This document shows positions 1 through 13,529 of a stretch of DNA of 64,000 nt, one piece after another (the stretch's first letter is position 1; each line of letters starts with the position of its first letter). Made by a program: the position numbers and the translations under genes. Below the pieces are notes generated by a model. It had not been told where the DNA came from. It saw only the letters and a program-made list of their open reading frames with translations, and did no database searches. Origin of the DNA: Octopus bimaculoides (Eukaryota); NCBI RefSeq assembly GCF_001194135.2, contig NC_068989.1, positions 27,540,024-27,604,023 on the forward strand, read 5' to 3'.

Positions 1-43
<43 letters not shown>

Positions 44-999
44 GTGGGGAATGAGTGAGAAAGATGATTGTTTTCTTTCAATTTCCGTCTCCCTATTCCA
101 CTCACAAGATTTTGGTCAACCCGGGGATATATGCTTAATGTGTCACGCAGTCGAACTGAATTCGGATGCATATGACTGGGAAGTAAACGAGTGCCCACGC
201 AGTCACGTCTGTGCCGACAACTTTAATTATTGGTTGCTGGCTTATTGCTATTAAACCGAACAGATGCAAATCTCTGTCTACAGAATGCCCACCTGAAACA
301 CACATTATCATAATGTTTCTCGAATGAGGAGTCACTATGAAGATTAAATGCGAATAGCGATATTCTCTTCATTACTTTGTTTACGGTAACTTTTTGTGAA
401 TGAGTTTTTTGTACTTCTTTTTTCGTCTTCTGCATTGCATTGTATACAGAGCTCACCCGTATTAACTAGAGTAATACAGAGCTATGTATATTACTCTTGT
501 AGATTGAGCTATACTTTTCAGACAGAGCTATGCAAGTTATTTGTACTTCTTTTTCCTTCATATGTATTACCTTCTAGACAGAACTATACTCTCCTGAATT
601 ATTTTTTGAAATTTTAATTTAATTTATTAACAAAATTTCAAACTAGAAAATTTGAAATTAATTTCTCTGCATTTATCTCATTTTCATCATGTATTACTCT
701 CACAATTTACAATTTGAACGGTGAGCATTATAAACAAATAAATTTTCAAATCGCTTTACTTTTTATGTAACGGCATAAAATATGGAATAAATTTCATGAT
801 GGCATTATTAGATTTCATGCCGAGATTGACAACTCAATTAAATATTATTTCAATAGATCCATTCATGCAGAATGTTAATTGATCAAATCATCTATAGTCA
901 CGCGATGGCTGATTAAAGGCCTTCCCACTGTTTATCTATAACTTTCATCCAAAAGGTCTGACCTTCGCTGCTATTCGCCAACTCAGTCTTGTATATTTT

Positions 1000-2900
1000 C
1001 TCCTGTTGTTGGCTATGATTTGCAGTGCCACGCACCATTCTGTCATCGTTTTCGTTCATTGCCTTTTTACTCATATTCCCGCCCAGACAATTTACCCTTC
1101 ACCGAGCTCTAAAATTTGTTATCATCAAATAATTTCGATTGTTTGCAAGCCTATTTCGTTACTTTATTGCACAACCAGGTAAGTCAAAGCGTAATTTGTT
1201 GTGAGCTCATGAAGCTGTTATTACCTTAGAATTTACCTAAGGCCTAATCGATAGAAACACCTAGAAACGTTTTCAGTTTGATACCTTTATATTATGCCAT
1301 CCTTTCCTTAATTTCCAAACCTATCTTCCTGGTTTTAGAGAGTCAAGCATTAAGTTCAGATTTGCCAATAATGTGTAATGGGCCTCGATAAATTATAGAC
1401 GTTAACACATTTCATGTAATCCTAAATCTTCAACCTTATGTAAACTTACTATTACAAACGAACGGTTCACCAGTTCAAATTTAGAATGGACACAGCGAGA
1501 AGTTTATTTTCTCATCATTACGAACTAATGTGGAGATTTTTGCTAGTTTCCATTCTGCGAATCTCATTTTCACGTTAGACTGTCTTGACAAGAAGGACGT
1601 AATTACATAAAGTATTTTGAGATAAATTGTCTGAAAAGAGTTAATGGTTACCGCTTAAACTACTTGAATTATAAGTTCTATCAAGCACCCCTCTCTTGAT
1701 TTTTTCCGTGTACAGCAGCGAGGTCAGGGTCAATAAACCTTTTCGATGTTCAGTGATATGATTAATTGGAGAAAAAGATATGCAATATAAATATCTCTAG
1801 ATCTCTGTAAGGAAGAAAAAACTGGGCTGATAGAGATTTCCTCAATTATAGATCATCGAAATGCATGATTTCCCCCGTTAGTTCTTATCTTTCTAGTTAG
1901 CAGAAAAAAATATGAAGCCAGGTTTCCGTATGTCACACTTGCAACGAGTTCTATACACTTAATAATTCAATCACTATACATATATGAATGATTAGATACT
2001 TGAGCGTTTCCTTGGCAGGTTATTTTTTCTCTGTGACTCTTTTGCAACGAACATATAAGTAATTTTTAGTAAATATTCCGTTCCTTAAAACGCATTCATA
2101 AAATAATCTTCTGTAACTAACATAAAACGTCCGCATTGTAATCTGTCGATTTATCAGTTTAAGATGTTATAGTTAAAGGAGAAAGCTGCTGAAACTTGAC
2201 TGAATTTTCGATTTAGGCAGGAGATAGACGTTATTCTTAGGAAAGGGACATTTTGTGATTATTTTATATGAAAGGATCGAAGGCAGCGATATGTTAATTA
2301 TATCTTTGAATCTTTCTTCTTCAACGATTTCAGTTTTAAGGAGGTGAACAAAAGGGATTTAGAATCATCAAATGGAATGTTATAATAAGATGATGATGCA
2401 TCCATCGATCTATTTGAGACTGCTTCTAGTTATTATTCCTTTATCGAAATGAAATTGCTTTAGTACCTTACTCTTGCATAAAGCTGCGTCTTGCGTAGTG
2501 ACGCGTATGATACCTAAAGCTGCTATTCAAAATTGCATTCTTTCTCTGCAAAACTAATAAAAAAAGATCAATATTTCTTTATGCGTTGCAAAAAAGAAAT
2601 AGTTTTGTGGGTTACCAATTGTACGGTATTGAAGGCTGTTGTAATGTTGCTATTCTCACAACTAGAATTTAAAATACATTATATTGTTCTTCTATTTTCC
2701 TAAATGTTCTAAATGCATGAATCTTTCTTTCTGAGAATTCATTATTGTTGAAAACATTGTTTTTCATTGCTTTCGGTTGTTTGGAAAATACTGAGTTGTT
2801 CATGCATATACTATCAGAGGACATTATATTTTCTTTTTGTAAAAATACAATTTTACAGAACTACATTTGAAGGCTTCAAGAATATAGAGAACTGTTGTAC
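1000..2900 (-). mobile_element. Heavily decayed Penelope-like element (PLE) reverse transcriptase remnant
   Basis: Manual minus-strand translation across frameshifts gives KTDK (~2155), KPGFIF (~1920), LTSLLYT (~1715), an AMG-like segment (~1555), YMKCVNV (~1405) and TFLGVSI (~1260). Order and approximate spacing match PLE motifs KADK / PxLYGLPK / DVxSLYT / GxAMG / YxRYVDD / FLDV. Each motif is weak alone; boundaries are approximate. Confidence 0.5.
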
Positions 2901-3256
2901 TTCAAAATATTCAAGTAAATTTGGACATCATTGATCACTAGAAATATTCGTATCTACGTGTATGCAGATGATTTATACTCGGGAAAGTCACATAGAAATG
3001 CAAATTCGCAGTTATATAGTTCTGGATATGTATTCAAACTGGGTTTAACTTTGTTTATGTGTGCATATATGTGCATTTGTGTGTGCATATGTGTGTAAGT
3101 GTGGAACGACTTCCTTACATCAGTAACACTCTAATGGAAAATTGCAACATCGAAGACAGTAGCACTCGATCTCAACGTCAATTGTTGCGCTATAAAAATT
3201 GCAAGAGCAGTGGTATATGCCATGAATTTAATAATCTTATTTATATGTACAACAAC

Positions 3257-3619
3257 TGTTGTTGGCACTCCGTCGCTTACGACGTCGAGGGTTCCAGTTG
3301 ATCCGATCAACGGAACAGCCTGCTCGTGAAATTAACGTGCAAGTGGCTGAGTACTCCACAGACACGTGTACCCTTAACATAGTTCTCGGGGATATTCAGC
3401 GTGACACAGTGTGACAAGGCTGGCCCTTTGAATTACAGGCACAATAGAAACCGGAAGTAAGAGTGAGAGAAAGTTGTGGTGAAAGAGTACAGCAGGAGCC
3501 TCGTGGAGCTTTAGGTGTTTTCGTTCAATAAACACTCACAACGCCCGGTCTGGGAATCGAAACCGCGATCCTATGACCGTGAGTCCGGTGCCCTAACCAC
3601 TGGGCCATTGCGCCTCCAC
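3257..3619 (-). mobile_element. tRNA-derived SINE, family C (head gtggaggcgcaatggcccagtggttaggg)
   Basis: Minus strand has A-box TGGCCCAGTGG and B-box GGTTTCGATTCCC, then a body shared with the copies at 49515-49815 and 6164-6240. Possible short TSD acaactgt on both sides. Confidence 0.9.
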
Positions 3620-3950
3620 ACAACTGTGAATATATGGATTCATGCACACATACATACATAGGACTTGGCTCCTCGGCTTCTAGACAGAGATGTAGGAGCA
3701 TAGAGAGCGACTTGAGCATATTTCAGACAAGTTAAAATTCGAGGGATGAGAACCGCCGTTTTCTTTCAGAAACAGAAACAGAGCGAACGTAGAATGAGAG
3801 AAAGACAACAATGGATCTCTGTGCAGATCTGAAACTCTATGTATCGATCGCAAAAGGATGAAAGGTATAGGTGATCCAAGCAGTGCTCGAAATCTCAGCG
3901 CAGAAAAATTACTGCAAACCAATACACGCTAAAGACTCTGTTTCCTCTGA

Positions 3951-3983
<33 letters not shown>

Positions 3984-4134
3984 TGTGTGTATGGGTGTGT
4001 GTGTGCGTGCGTGCGTGTGTGTGCGCGCGCGTGGTATGTGTGTGTGCGTGTGTGCATGATTGTGTGTGGGGAGTTGCGTTCATTTATATGTGTGTGTGTG
4101 TGTGAGAGAGTGAATGCGAATGTAATATTGGTAT

Positions 4135-4167
<33 letters not shown>

Positions 4168-4345
4168 NNNNNNNNNNNNNNNNNNNNNNNNNNNNNNNNN
4201 NNNNNNNNNNNNNNNNNNNNNNNNNNNNNNNNNNNNNNNNNNNNNNNNNNNNNNNNNNNNNNNNNNNNNNNNNNNNNNNNNNNNNNNNNNNNNNNNNNNN
4301 NNNNNNNNNNNNNNNNNNNNNNNNNNNNNNNNNNNNNNNNNNNNN

Positions 4346-4388
<43 letters not shown>

Positions 4389-5277
4389 TCCTTTTATGTT
4401 TAGCTATAATAAAAGCAATTTTACATTAATCTGAAGGAACACTCCATTGCTTTGTGTCGTTCAAGTTTATTATTCTTTACCAAAAATAGCATTAGCATTG
4501 ACTTCAAAGTTTTGGCCTGCTAAGACATTATCGGACTGTGATGCGTTAAGTATATCTTGGTTTTATACAGTCTCTGTTGCGATACAATTTTTCTAGTGTT
4601 TGTGCGGTTCAGTTGCATGTTAACTAGGTTGTATGTTTCGTTTCGATGAAGTGGTGCTGTGGACAAATGTGTATTGATAAAATTTGAGGTCATGTTTTTA
4701 TTCAGAATTTATTCATGCGTGTAGAAATTTGTAAACAGAAATGTATTGTTATGTGCGTCAGCTTCACATCATGGGATTATGTTTTAGTGAGTCACAAAAT
4801 AATGTAGGTAAGCAGAGGAAGTTTTTGATCAGTGGATATGACATTAGATCTTGTTAGTTTTGTTTTTATTGGATTTAATCTTTTTCTTTGACAATGTAAA
4901 GAACAAAGTTCAAAATTTATTCCGCTATATAAAAGCTGAGTAATTAGGCGTGGCACCATTTTCCTGATGGAATTTTCAAGGGTTCACGAAAGAATGTAAG
5001 AAAGTAGCATGTTTTAACTTGTCATTAAGTTTCTATATATGTTGCTGGCGTTATTTTGGGTATGGTACGGTGTTGTTAGGATAGAACTTTCTTTATCTAC
5101 AGAGTCCAAGTCCACAAAAGGATGAGTGTAGTTGTAAAGGTTGTTGGTCAGTATATTTCTCTCTGGAGGTTCCTCGTTCTATAAGCAAATTCATTAATAT
5201 GTAAATATTTTAACGCTTATGTTTTATGTAGTGTAGTTTGGTTTTATAAATATTTCTTCAATTCGGTTCATTTTGTG

Positions 5278-5310
<33 letters not shown>

Positions 5311-6163
5311 NNNNNNNNNNNNNNNNNNNNNNNNNNNNNNNNNNNNNNNNNNNNNNNNNNNNNNNNNNNNNNNNNNNNNNNNNNNNNNNNNNNNNNNNNN
5401 NNNNNNNNNNNNNNNNNNNNNNNNNNNNNNNNNNNNNNNNNNNNNNNNNNNNNNNNNNNNNNNNNNNNNNNNNNNNNNNNNNNNNNNNNNNNNNNNNNNN
5501 NNNNNNNNNNNNNNNNNNNNNNNNNNNNNNNNNNNNNNNNNNNNNNNNNNNNNNNNNNNNNNNNNNNNNNNNNNNNNNNNNNNNNNNNNNNNNNNNNNNN
5601 NNNNNNNNNNNNNNNNNNNNNNNNNNNNNNNNNNNNNNNNNNNNNNNNNNNNNNNNNNNNNNNNNNNNNNNNNNNNNNNNNNNNNNNNNNNNNNNNNNNN
5701 NNNNNNNNNNNNNNNNNNNNNNNNNNNNNNNNNNNNNNNNNNNNNNNNNNNNNNNNNNNNNNNNNNNNNNNNNNNNNNNNNNNNNNNNNNNNNNNNNNNN
5801 NNNNNNNNNNNNNNNNNNNNNNNNNNNNNNNNNNNNNNNNNNNNNNNNNNNNNNNNNNNNNNNNNNNNNNNNNNNNNNNNNNNNNNNNNNNNNNNNNNNN
5901 NNNNNNNNNNNNNNNNNNNNNNNNNNNNNNNNNNNNNNNNNNNNNNNNNNNNNNNNNNNNNNNNNNNNNNNNNNNNNNNNNNNNNNNNNNNNNNNNNNNN
6001 NNNNNNNNNNNNNNNNNNNNNNNNNNNNNNNNNNNNNNNNNNNNNNNNNNNNNNNNNNNNNNNNNNNNNNNNNNNNNNNNNNNNNNNNNNNNNNNNNNNN
6101 NNNNNNNNNNNNNNNNNNNNNNNNNNNNNNNNNNNNNNNNNNNNNNNNNNNNNNNNNNNNNNN

Positions 6164-6239
6164 GTTCTCGGGGATATTCAGCGTGACACAGCGTGACACA
6201 GCGTGACACAGCGTGACACAGCGTGACACAGCGTGACAT

Positions 6240-6240
<1 letters not shown>
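6164..6240 (-). repeat. SINE family C fragment with internal 10-bp unit expanded to 6 copies
   Basis: gttctcggggatattca, as at ~3383, is followed by (gcgtgacaca)x5 + gcgtgacata at 6181-6240. The intact SINE has only about 2 imperfect units. Confidence 0.85.
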
Positions 6241-6277
<37 letters not shown>

Positions 6278-6719
6278 TATTTAATAAGCATCTTAAACGA
6301 CTAATATACCCCCAATTACACGTTATATTCAGGTTTTTACATTTCAGAGCTATAAACTGCGGTGAAAACAGGACAATGACATCTATTAAGCCCAAATCTC
6401 GCACATATACATACATATATGCATAGAGTCAGACACACACACACAAGCACACACATACACACTAACACACACACACACACAAACTGACAGAGATATACAC
6501 ACACACACACACACATACACACACGCAAACATATATAAAATACCCATCTGTGTATCTGTTTGTACGCATACACAGATATACATATATACGTATATAATTA
6601 TATATGTGTATATATGTAATCAATTATATTTACCAAAACGGTATAAATTAATTAGAACTCACAGGAGGGAAGAAAAAAAATCACTGCTTTTTACAATTTT
6701 ATGTGTGCGGATACAGTCC

Positions 6720-6805
6720 ATCTTGGGCAAATACATATTTCACTATAGCACCGGGCCGACCAAAAGCTTCAGAATGCATGTGGTAGACCTGAGACTGAAA
6801 GAAGC

Positions 6806-6807
<2 letters not shown>
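6720..6807 (+). mobile_element. SINE family B (CORE-like) internal fragment
   Basis: cttgggcaa...actatagcaccgggccgaccaaaagc...actgaaagaagccc matches the fuller copy at 54939-55335. Confidence 0.8.
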
Positions 6808-6838
<31 letters not shown>

Positions 6839-8089
6839 NNNNNNNNNNNNNNNNNNNNNNNNNNNNNNNNNNNNNNNNNNNNNNNNNNNNNNNNNNNNNN
6901 NNNNNNNNNNNNNNNNNNNNNNNNNNNNNNNNNNNNNNNNNNNNNNNNNNNNNNNNNNNNNNNNNNNNNNNNNNNNNNNNNNNNNNNNNNNNNNNNNNNN
7001 NNNNNNNNNNNNNNNNNNNNNNNNNNNNNNNNNNNNNNNNNNNNNNNNNNNNNNNNNNNNNNNNNNNNNNNNNNNNNNNNNNNNNNNNNNNNNNNNNNNN
7101 NNNNNNNNNNNNNNNNNNNNNNNNNNNNNNNNNNNNNNNNNNNNNNNNNNNNNNNNNNNNNNNNNNNNNNNNNNNNNNNNNNNNNNNNNNNNNNNNNNNN
7201 NNNNNNNNNNNNNNNNNNNNNNNNNNNNNNNNNNNNNNTGTGTGTGTGTGTGTGTGTGTATTAATAAAATAAATTCTTTTATACGTTGCATGAGGTAGCG
7301 TGTAGACGAAGAATTACAGCATTTGTTTAAATCTCGGAGTTTTCCCCCACCTAATCCACAACTAGCCAGATTTTGATGAAGACTTCAAGAAAATTAAGCT
7401 CCACCGCTTCCATCTACGCAGGGACCAACACTTAAAAAAAAGTAGGGAGCATCTGGTGCTGAAGATGTGTCAACTTGGGTGGTAAATAGATATAACTCGT
7501 TCAAATAACAGTTCCACAATGTGTCTTCTCAGTTCGTATCAAGAGAAGCAGCGAATTAAAAGATATAGCTTTATTTATATATCAATAATAAATAACAGAT
7601 GCAAAAAAGAAACGAACGCGCAGTACAGCGAAAACTGTATTATATAGAATCATTAATGTATATGGATCCGTAAACGCCCTCGCGTATGTTGTATGGCGCA
7701 TGCACACTCGCAGTTTCAAGAAGTTATAGTCCATGCACAACACGAAATAAAGTACCTTGGTCAAGGAGACCACGCACCAACCTGTCAAGGAATGGAACTG
7801 ACAGCCTTTCGGCAGTGACATCTGTGCACTAACCACCTGTTCACAAGCCTTCTCATTAACACGCACTTATTCTCTCCCTCTCTCCCTCTCTCTCTCTCTA
7901 TCTCTCTCTCTCTCACACACATACACACGCTCGCACAAAAACACACACGCACACAAACATGCATGCGCACACACAAATAAACAAACAATTACACATGCAC
8001 ACGGTCATATGTAATGGAGGTGCATTCAACAAGTATCCGACTTTAAGTTTTTCCGCCAACACTAATGTTGCGTGGGCAAAATTCTTTGG

Positions 8090-8930
8090 GTGGGTGGGTG
8101 TAACCACCCATCTTTCATCGCACGTGAGATTTTCGCACCGGTAGACCGCATCAGTTCCCGGCTATTAGACATAGAGCACAGACGTATAGTACGTTTCAAG
8201 CAAAATGACCGAATGTATCAAGGAGAGATCATAAGTCCACACCTCATCGCTTTTGATGAGGGACTCCATAAAGCTTGGGGACTTGTTTGCACATTCCAGC
8301 ATGTCCTGAGTGATTTCCATGCGGATTTGCTTTTGTTGCACTGCTAGAAAATTCACACCTTGATACGAATTTTGATGATATTCTCCGCGTGCACAAATCA
8401 CCCATTAAAATGGAATGCATTGATTCTGTGATTTTCTCCACTTCCTGAGCAATTTCTTGATTTTTACAAGAAGGTCTTCCATGACTATTCGTTGTACCTT
8501 CCCAATCGGCTCCTGGTTTTGGCTTGTGAGTGACCCGCCTGATCGTGCTCCGCTCGCCACTGAGATCTGAAGCAGTTGTAAAACTCTTTGATTTCATTTT
8601 GGGCATAGCATTATCGCCAAAGATCTGTCGAACATTCTGGATGGTTTAGGCAAAATTTGATCACTACAAACATCATGATGTTGACTGGATGATTGATTTT
8701 TATGCATCCCAATCCTACGCACTGTCCTGAGTTTGTCACCTAAACACTCTGAAATGTTCGTATTCGAGCTTCGGGCGCGAATACTAAGCAGTACAGCATA
8801 TCATTTCCAAAATTTTTGACAAATTGATTTGCATCATAGTGCTGTTTTTCTCACGGACGGTGCCTAACAGACCCTACTATATTGTGCAATCGACAAAATC
8901 AAAAAGAATTGATGTGCATGCGCGGAATTA
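8090..8930 (-). mobile_element. Internally deleted, frameshifted mariner-type transposon remnant
   Basis: Minus frames give IKFC, GRPS...EIAQEV...SMHSIL..DL..RRISSKFV and QKQIRMEITQDMLEC...SLIKSDEVWTYD (cf. mariner HTH linker and ITGDETWVY). Confidence 0.8.
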
Positions 8931-8990
8931 AGAATATAGATGGTGACAATTTACCCATCGCAAACTGTATATGTGTATAAATGTACGTAT

Positions 8991-9053
<63 letters not shown>

Positions 9054-9995
9054 NNNNNNNNNNNNNNNNNNNNNNNNNNNNNNNNNNNNNNNNNNNNNNN
9101 NNNNNNNNNNNNNNNNNNNNNNNNNNNNNNNNNNNNNNNNNNNNNNNNNNNNNNNNNNNNNNNNNNNNNNNNNNNNNNNNNNNNNNNNNNNNNNNNNNNN
9201 NNNNNNNNNNNNNNNNNNNNNNNNNNNNNNNNNNNNNNNNNNNNNNNNNNNNNNNNNNNNNNNNNNNNNNNNNNNNNNNNNNNNNNNNNNNNNNNNNNNN
9301 NNNNNNNNNNNNNNNNNNNNNNNNNNNNNNNNNNNNNNNNNNNNNNNNNNNNNNNNNNNNNNNNNNNNNNNNNNNNNNNNNNNNNNNNNNNNNNNNNNNN
9401 NNNNNNNNNNNNNNNNNNNNNNNNNNNNNNNNNNNNNNNNNNNNNNNNNNNNNNNNNNNNNNNNNNNNNNNNNNNNNNNNNNNNNNNNNNNNNNNNNNNN
9501 NNNNNNNNNNNNNNNNNNNNNNNNNNNNNNNNNNNNNNNNNNNNNNNNNNNNNNNNNNNNNNNNNNNNNNNNNNNNNNNNNNNNNNNNNNNNNNNNNNNN
9601 NNNNNNNNNNNNNNNNNNNNNNNNNNNNNNNNNNNNNNNNNNNNNNNNNNNNNNNNNNNNNNNNNNNNNNNNNNNNNNNNNNNNNNNNNNNNNNNNNNNN
9701 NNNNNNNNNNNNNNNNNNNNNNNNNNNNNNNNNNNNNNNNNNNNNNNNNNNNNNNNNNNNNNNNNNNNNNNNNNNNNNNNNNNNNNNNNNNNNNNNNNNN
9801 NNNNNNNNNNNNNNNNNNNNNNNNNNNNNNNNNNNNNNNNNNNNNNNNNNNNNNNNNNNNNNNNNNNNNNNNNNNNNNNNNNNNNNNNNNNNNNNNNNNN
9901 NNNNNNNNNNNNNNNNNNNNNNNNNNNNNNNNNNNNNNNNNNNNNNNNNNNNNNNNNNNNNNNNNNNNNNNNNNNNNNNNNNNNNNNNNNNNNNN

Positions 9996-10059
<64 letters not shown>

Positions 10060-10608
10060 GAGGTTATGACATTGGATCGAAAATGATTGTTCTTGCTTAT
10101 TTCCAGATCAGTACTAAAGATTAAGTGAAACAAGTATGAAAAGTATTCTTCACACTGGCTTCCCTCTATAATAGCATATCAGCAACTATTATCTGATATA
10201 TCATTTAAGAACGCACTTTGTAATTGAAGTGATATTCGGATGCTATTTCCACTATGCCGAGCAACATGTAGAATTCCTGTAGGCGCTCCACATACTCGAC
10301 AATTTACTTGATGAAAATATTGTTAGATATTGATACAGAAGTTACAGCCGTTGATACTCACCTCCGGCAAAATACACCATCTCGTTTAACATATTGTGTT
10401 TCAATTCTTTATGTTGTGTTAGTCGTAATGGACAGCGTGAGGCTCTGCTATTTCCTTACGTTAGAGGCGTCGATGGAGTAATACAATATGTAAGATGTGA
10501 GCTACTGAGCGATAGTGTATTGAGTAAAAGGTAGCTACACACATAGGCACACACACATGCATGTCATTACACACACGCACTCTCTCTCACACAGACACAG
10601 ATAGATAA

Positions 10609-10673
<65 letters not shown>

Positions 10674-10959
10674 CATCTATTCATATATAGAGGAATTTCC
10701 TACAAATAGATGTCAATACTCCAAACATACGCACATACAAATACAGATGTACTGAGACAAATATATTACTTTTGCGAATGTGTGTGTTGTCTATCGATAT
10801 ATATTCATGTGTGTGCGTATGTGTGTCTGTGTGTGTGTATGTGTGTGTCTGTGTGTGTATGTGTGTGTGTTTGTGTGTGTGTGTGTCTGTGTGTGTGTGT
10901 GTCTGTGTGTGTGTGACTACTTGTGTGTGTATGCGTGCGTGCACAATCTATGTATACCT

Positions 10960-11086
10960 TCTCGATCTTCTTGCGCATAACCCGGAGCGTTCTTGTGTAC
11001 ACTGGTCTGTCCTTGAACGGTTCCAGTTGCGTAGCAGTTTTCCAAACATTTCATGATCTAGGATTTCGCCTGTCACGTCTCATGCA
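10960..11086 (-). mobile_element. Possible Tc1/mariner N-terminal fragment next to a gap
   Basis: GC-richer 127-bp stretch; frameshifted minus reading YATGTV..KDRP...RT.RV.RKKI resembles ETGSVxDRPRSGRP. Too short to be sure. Confidence 0.25.
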
Positions 11087-12059
11087 NNNNNNNNNNNNNN
11101 NNNNNNNNNNNNNNNNNNNNNNNNNNNNNNNNNNNNNNNNNNNNNNNNNNNNNNNNNNNNNNNNNNNNNNNNNNNNNNNNNNNNNNNNNNNNNNNNNNNN
11201 NNNNNNNNNNNNNNNNNNNNNNNNNNNNNNNNNNNNNNNNNNNNNNNNNNNNNNNNNNNNNNNNNNNNNNNNNNNNNNNNNNNNNNNNNNNNNNNNNNNN
11301 NNNNNNNNNNNNNNNNNNNNNNNNNNNNNNNNNNNNNNNNNNNNNNNNNNNNNNNNNNNNNNNNNNNNNNNNNNNNNNNNNNNNNNNNNNNNNNNNNNNN
11401 NNNNNNNNNNNNNNNNNNNNNNNNNNNNNNNNNNNNNNNNNNNNNNNNNNNNNNNNNNNNNNNNNNNNNNNNNNNNNNNNNNNNNNNNNNNNNNNNNNNN
11501 NNNNNNNNNNNNNNNNNNNNNNNNNNNNNNNNNNNNNNNNNNNNNNNNNNNNNNNNNNNNNNNNNNNNNNNNNNNNNNNNNNNNNNNNNNNNNNNNNNNN
11601 NNNNNNNNNNNNNNNNNNNNNNNNNNNNNNNNNNNNNNNNNNNNNNNNNNNNNNNNNNNNNNNNNNNNNNNNNNNNNNNNNNNNNNNNNNNNNNNNNNNN
11701 NNNNNNNNNNNNNNNNNNNNNNNNNNNNNNNNNNNNNNNNNNNNNNNNNNNNNNNNNNNNNNNNNNNNNNNNNNNNNNNNNNNNNNNNNNNNNNNNNNNN
11801 NNNNNNNNNNNNNNNNNNNNNNNNNNNNNNNNNNNNNNNNNNNNNNNNNNNNNNNNNNNNNNNNNNNNNNNNNNNNNNNNNNNNNNNNNNNNNNNNNNNN
11901 NNNNNNNNNNNNNNNNNNNNNNNNNNNNNNNNNNNNNNNNNNNNNNNNNNNNNNNNNNNNNNNNNNNNNNNNNNNNNNNNNNNNNNNNNNNNNNNNNNNN
12001 NNNNNNNNNNNNNNNNNNNNNNNNNATATATGTATATGTATGTATGTGTGTATATGTTT

Positions 12060-12485
12060 GTGTCTTTGTTCATCCCCTCACCATTACTTGACAACCGATG
12101 TTGGTGTGTTTACGTCCCCGTAACTTAGCGGTTCTGCAAAATATATATTCTTTTACATTTTTCAGTTATTCTATTGTGGCCATGCAGGAGCACCACTTTA
12201 GTCGGACAAACTGACCCCAGGACTTATCCATTGTTAACTTAGTAATTCTTCTATCGGTCTTGTGTTAAACCGCAAAACCTCAGGGACATAATCACACGAA
12301 CATCGGTTTTCAAATGACGGTGGTGGGGAGCAACACAGACAGAAACGTGTGCAAGCATAAATATATATATATACATGACATGCTTCTTTCAGTTTCCGTC
12401 TACCAAATTCACTCACAAGGGTTTGGTCAGCCCGAGGCTATAGTAGAAGACACTTGCCCAAGGTGCCACACAATGGGACTGAACC
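12060..12485. mobile_element. Two SINE family B fragments in opposite orientation (+ 12060-12140; - 12160-12485)
   Basis: + copy has ttgacaaccgatgttggtgtgtttacgtccccgtaacttagcggtt. - copy has ttctttcagtttccgtctaccaaattcactcacaagg...gacacttgcccaaggtgcc. Confidence 0.85.
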
Positions 12486-12554
12486 TATGTACTAATAAAT
12501 AACGAATATTGCATAAAAACAATACAATAAACTGGTTTTATTAAGTATAATGTA

Positions 12555-13375
12555 CAGCATTTATCTTGGAGATCTAACGACTTGAGGATGGTGACGGAGG
12601 TGGAGGAGAAAAGCTGAGCTGAATAACTTAATCTCATTCGCTGAATCATGGCCTTTCGCCACGCTTTCCTTATTTCATCTGCAGGCGTTTCCCATAAAAA
12701 ACTCGTCCAATAAGGTCTGATTAATCCTCACTTTCAGAGTATTTCTGAAATAAGTCAGGCAAGTGTCATTAAACAGCACCGTCGCACGTCCAGTTGCAAC
12801 CTTTTCTTGGTGTTTCTTTTGAATAAAGTCTGAAAGTTTCTCTCAGATTCTCAACATTTCCTTTATCGCACTGGTAGAGATAACCTCTTCCGTCTCCTCA
12901 GCGCCACCTGTTTCCTGCTAAACCTCCGTGTGCTGTTGCGTCTGTAGCTCCGTTAGCTGTTCCGTTGTCAGTTCCCTGGAATTATCTTCGGTGGACTCAT
13001 TAGTGTCACCTTTATCCACGTCGAGGCCCATGGACTTGCCGAGGAATACAATTTCCTCCACCACTAACACCTTGGGTTCAAGGCTTTCAAAGTCCGTTTA
13101 GATACCCTCAGGCCACAGCTTCTTTCACACAGAGGTCAATGTCCTCTTTTTAAAACCCTGCCAGACCATATCGATAATTCTGAGGCATATCACGAAGTTA
13201 TAGCGGTCCTTCCAGACTTCTCAAAGGGTGAGGTTTGTGCTCTCCGCTATCTCAAAGCTTGGTGAAGAGATACTTGAAATTAGAAATCCCTCGCCGGTCC
13301 ATGGGCTGCAGGATAAGGGTGGTGTTGGGTGGAATGTAGAGAAACTTTATGAACCTGATGTGTGAAACTAGGTGG
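12555..13375 (-). mobile_element. Tigger/pogo-like transposase pseudogene, C-terminal half
   Basis: Minus translation with stops: IKFLYIPPNTTLILQPMD..ISNFKYL ... EVWKDRYN..CLRIID..W ... KKLWP ... VVEEIVFLGKSMGLDVD ... ELTTEQLTEL ... LFNDTCL..FRNTLK.R..QT.LDEF. This is typical of TIGD1/Tigger-like DDE transposases. Confidence 0.85.
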
Positions 13376-13498
13376 AAAAAAGAGTACCCAAATACCACAG
13401 GTAGAGTAATATGCTTTATTTAAAAGCAGCAGAAATATAACAAAAGGTATACACACACACACACACACACACATACACATATACATATATATATATAT

Positions 13499-13529
<31 letters not shown>

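Noticed and set aside
3540-3619. tRNA gene (also the heads at 15100-15172, 49740-49815, 50557, 50771, 54939)
   Set aside because: A and B boxes run into multi-copy SINE bodies and no complete cloverleaf is evident.
4440-5270. Possible further PLE remnant on the minus strand
   Set aside because: Strand skew and faint FVDL and HTQNN-like words only; not enough motifs to support a call.
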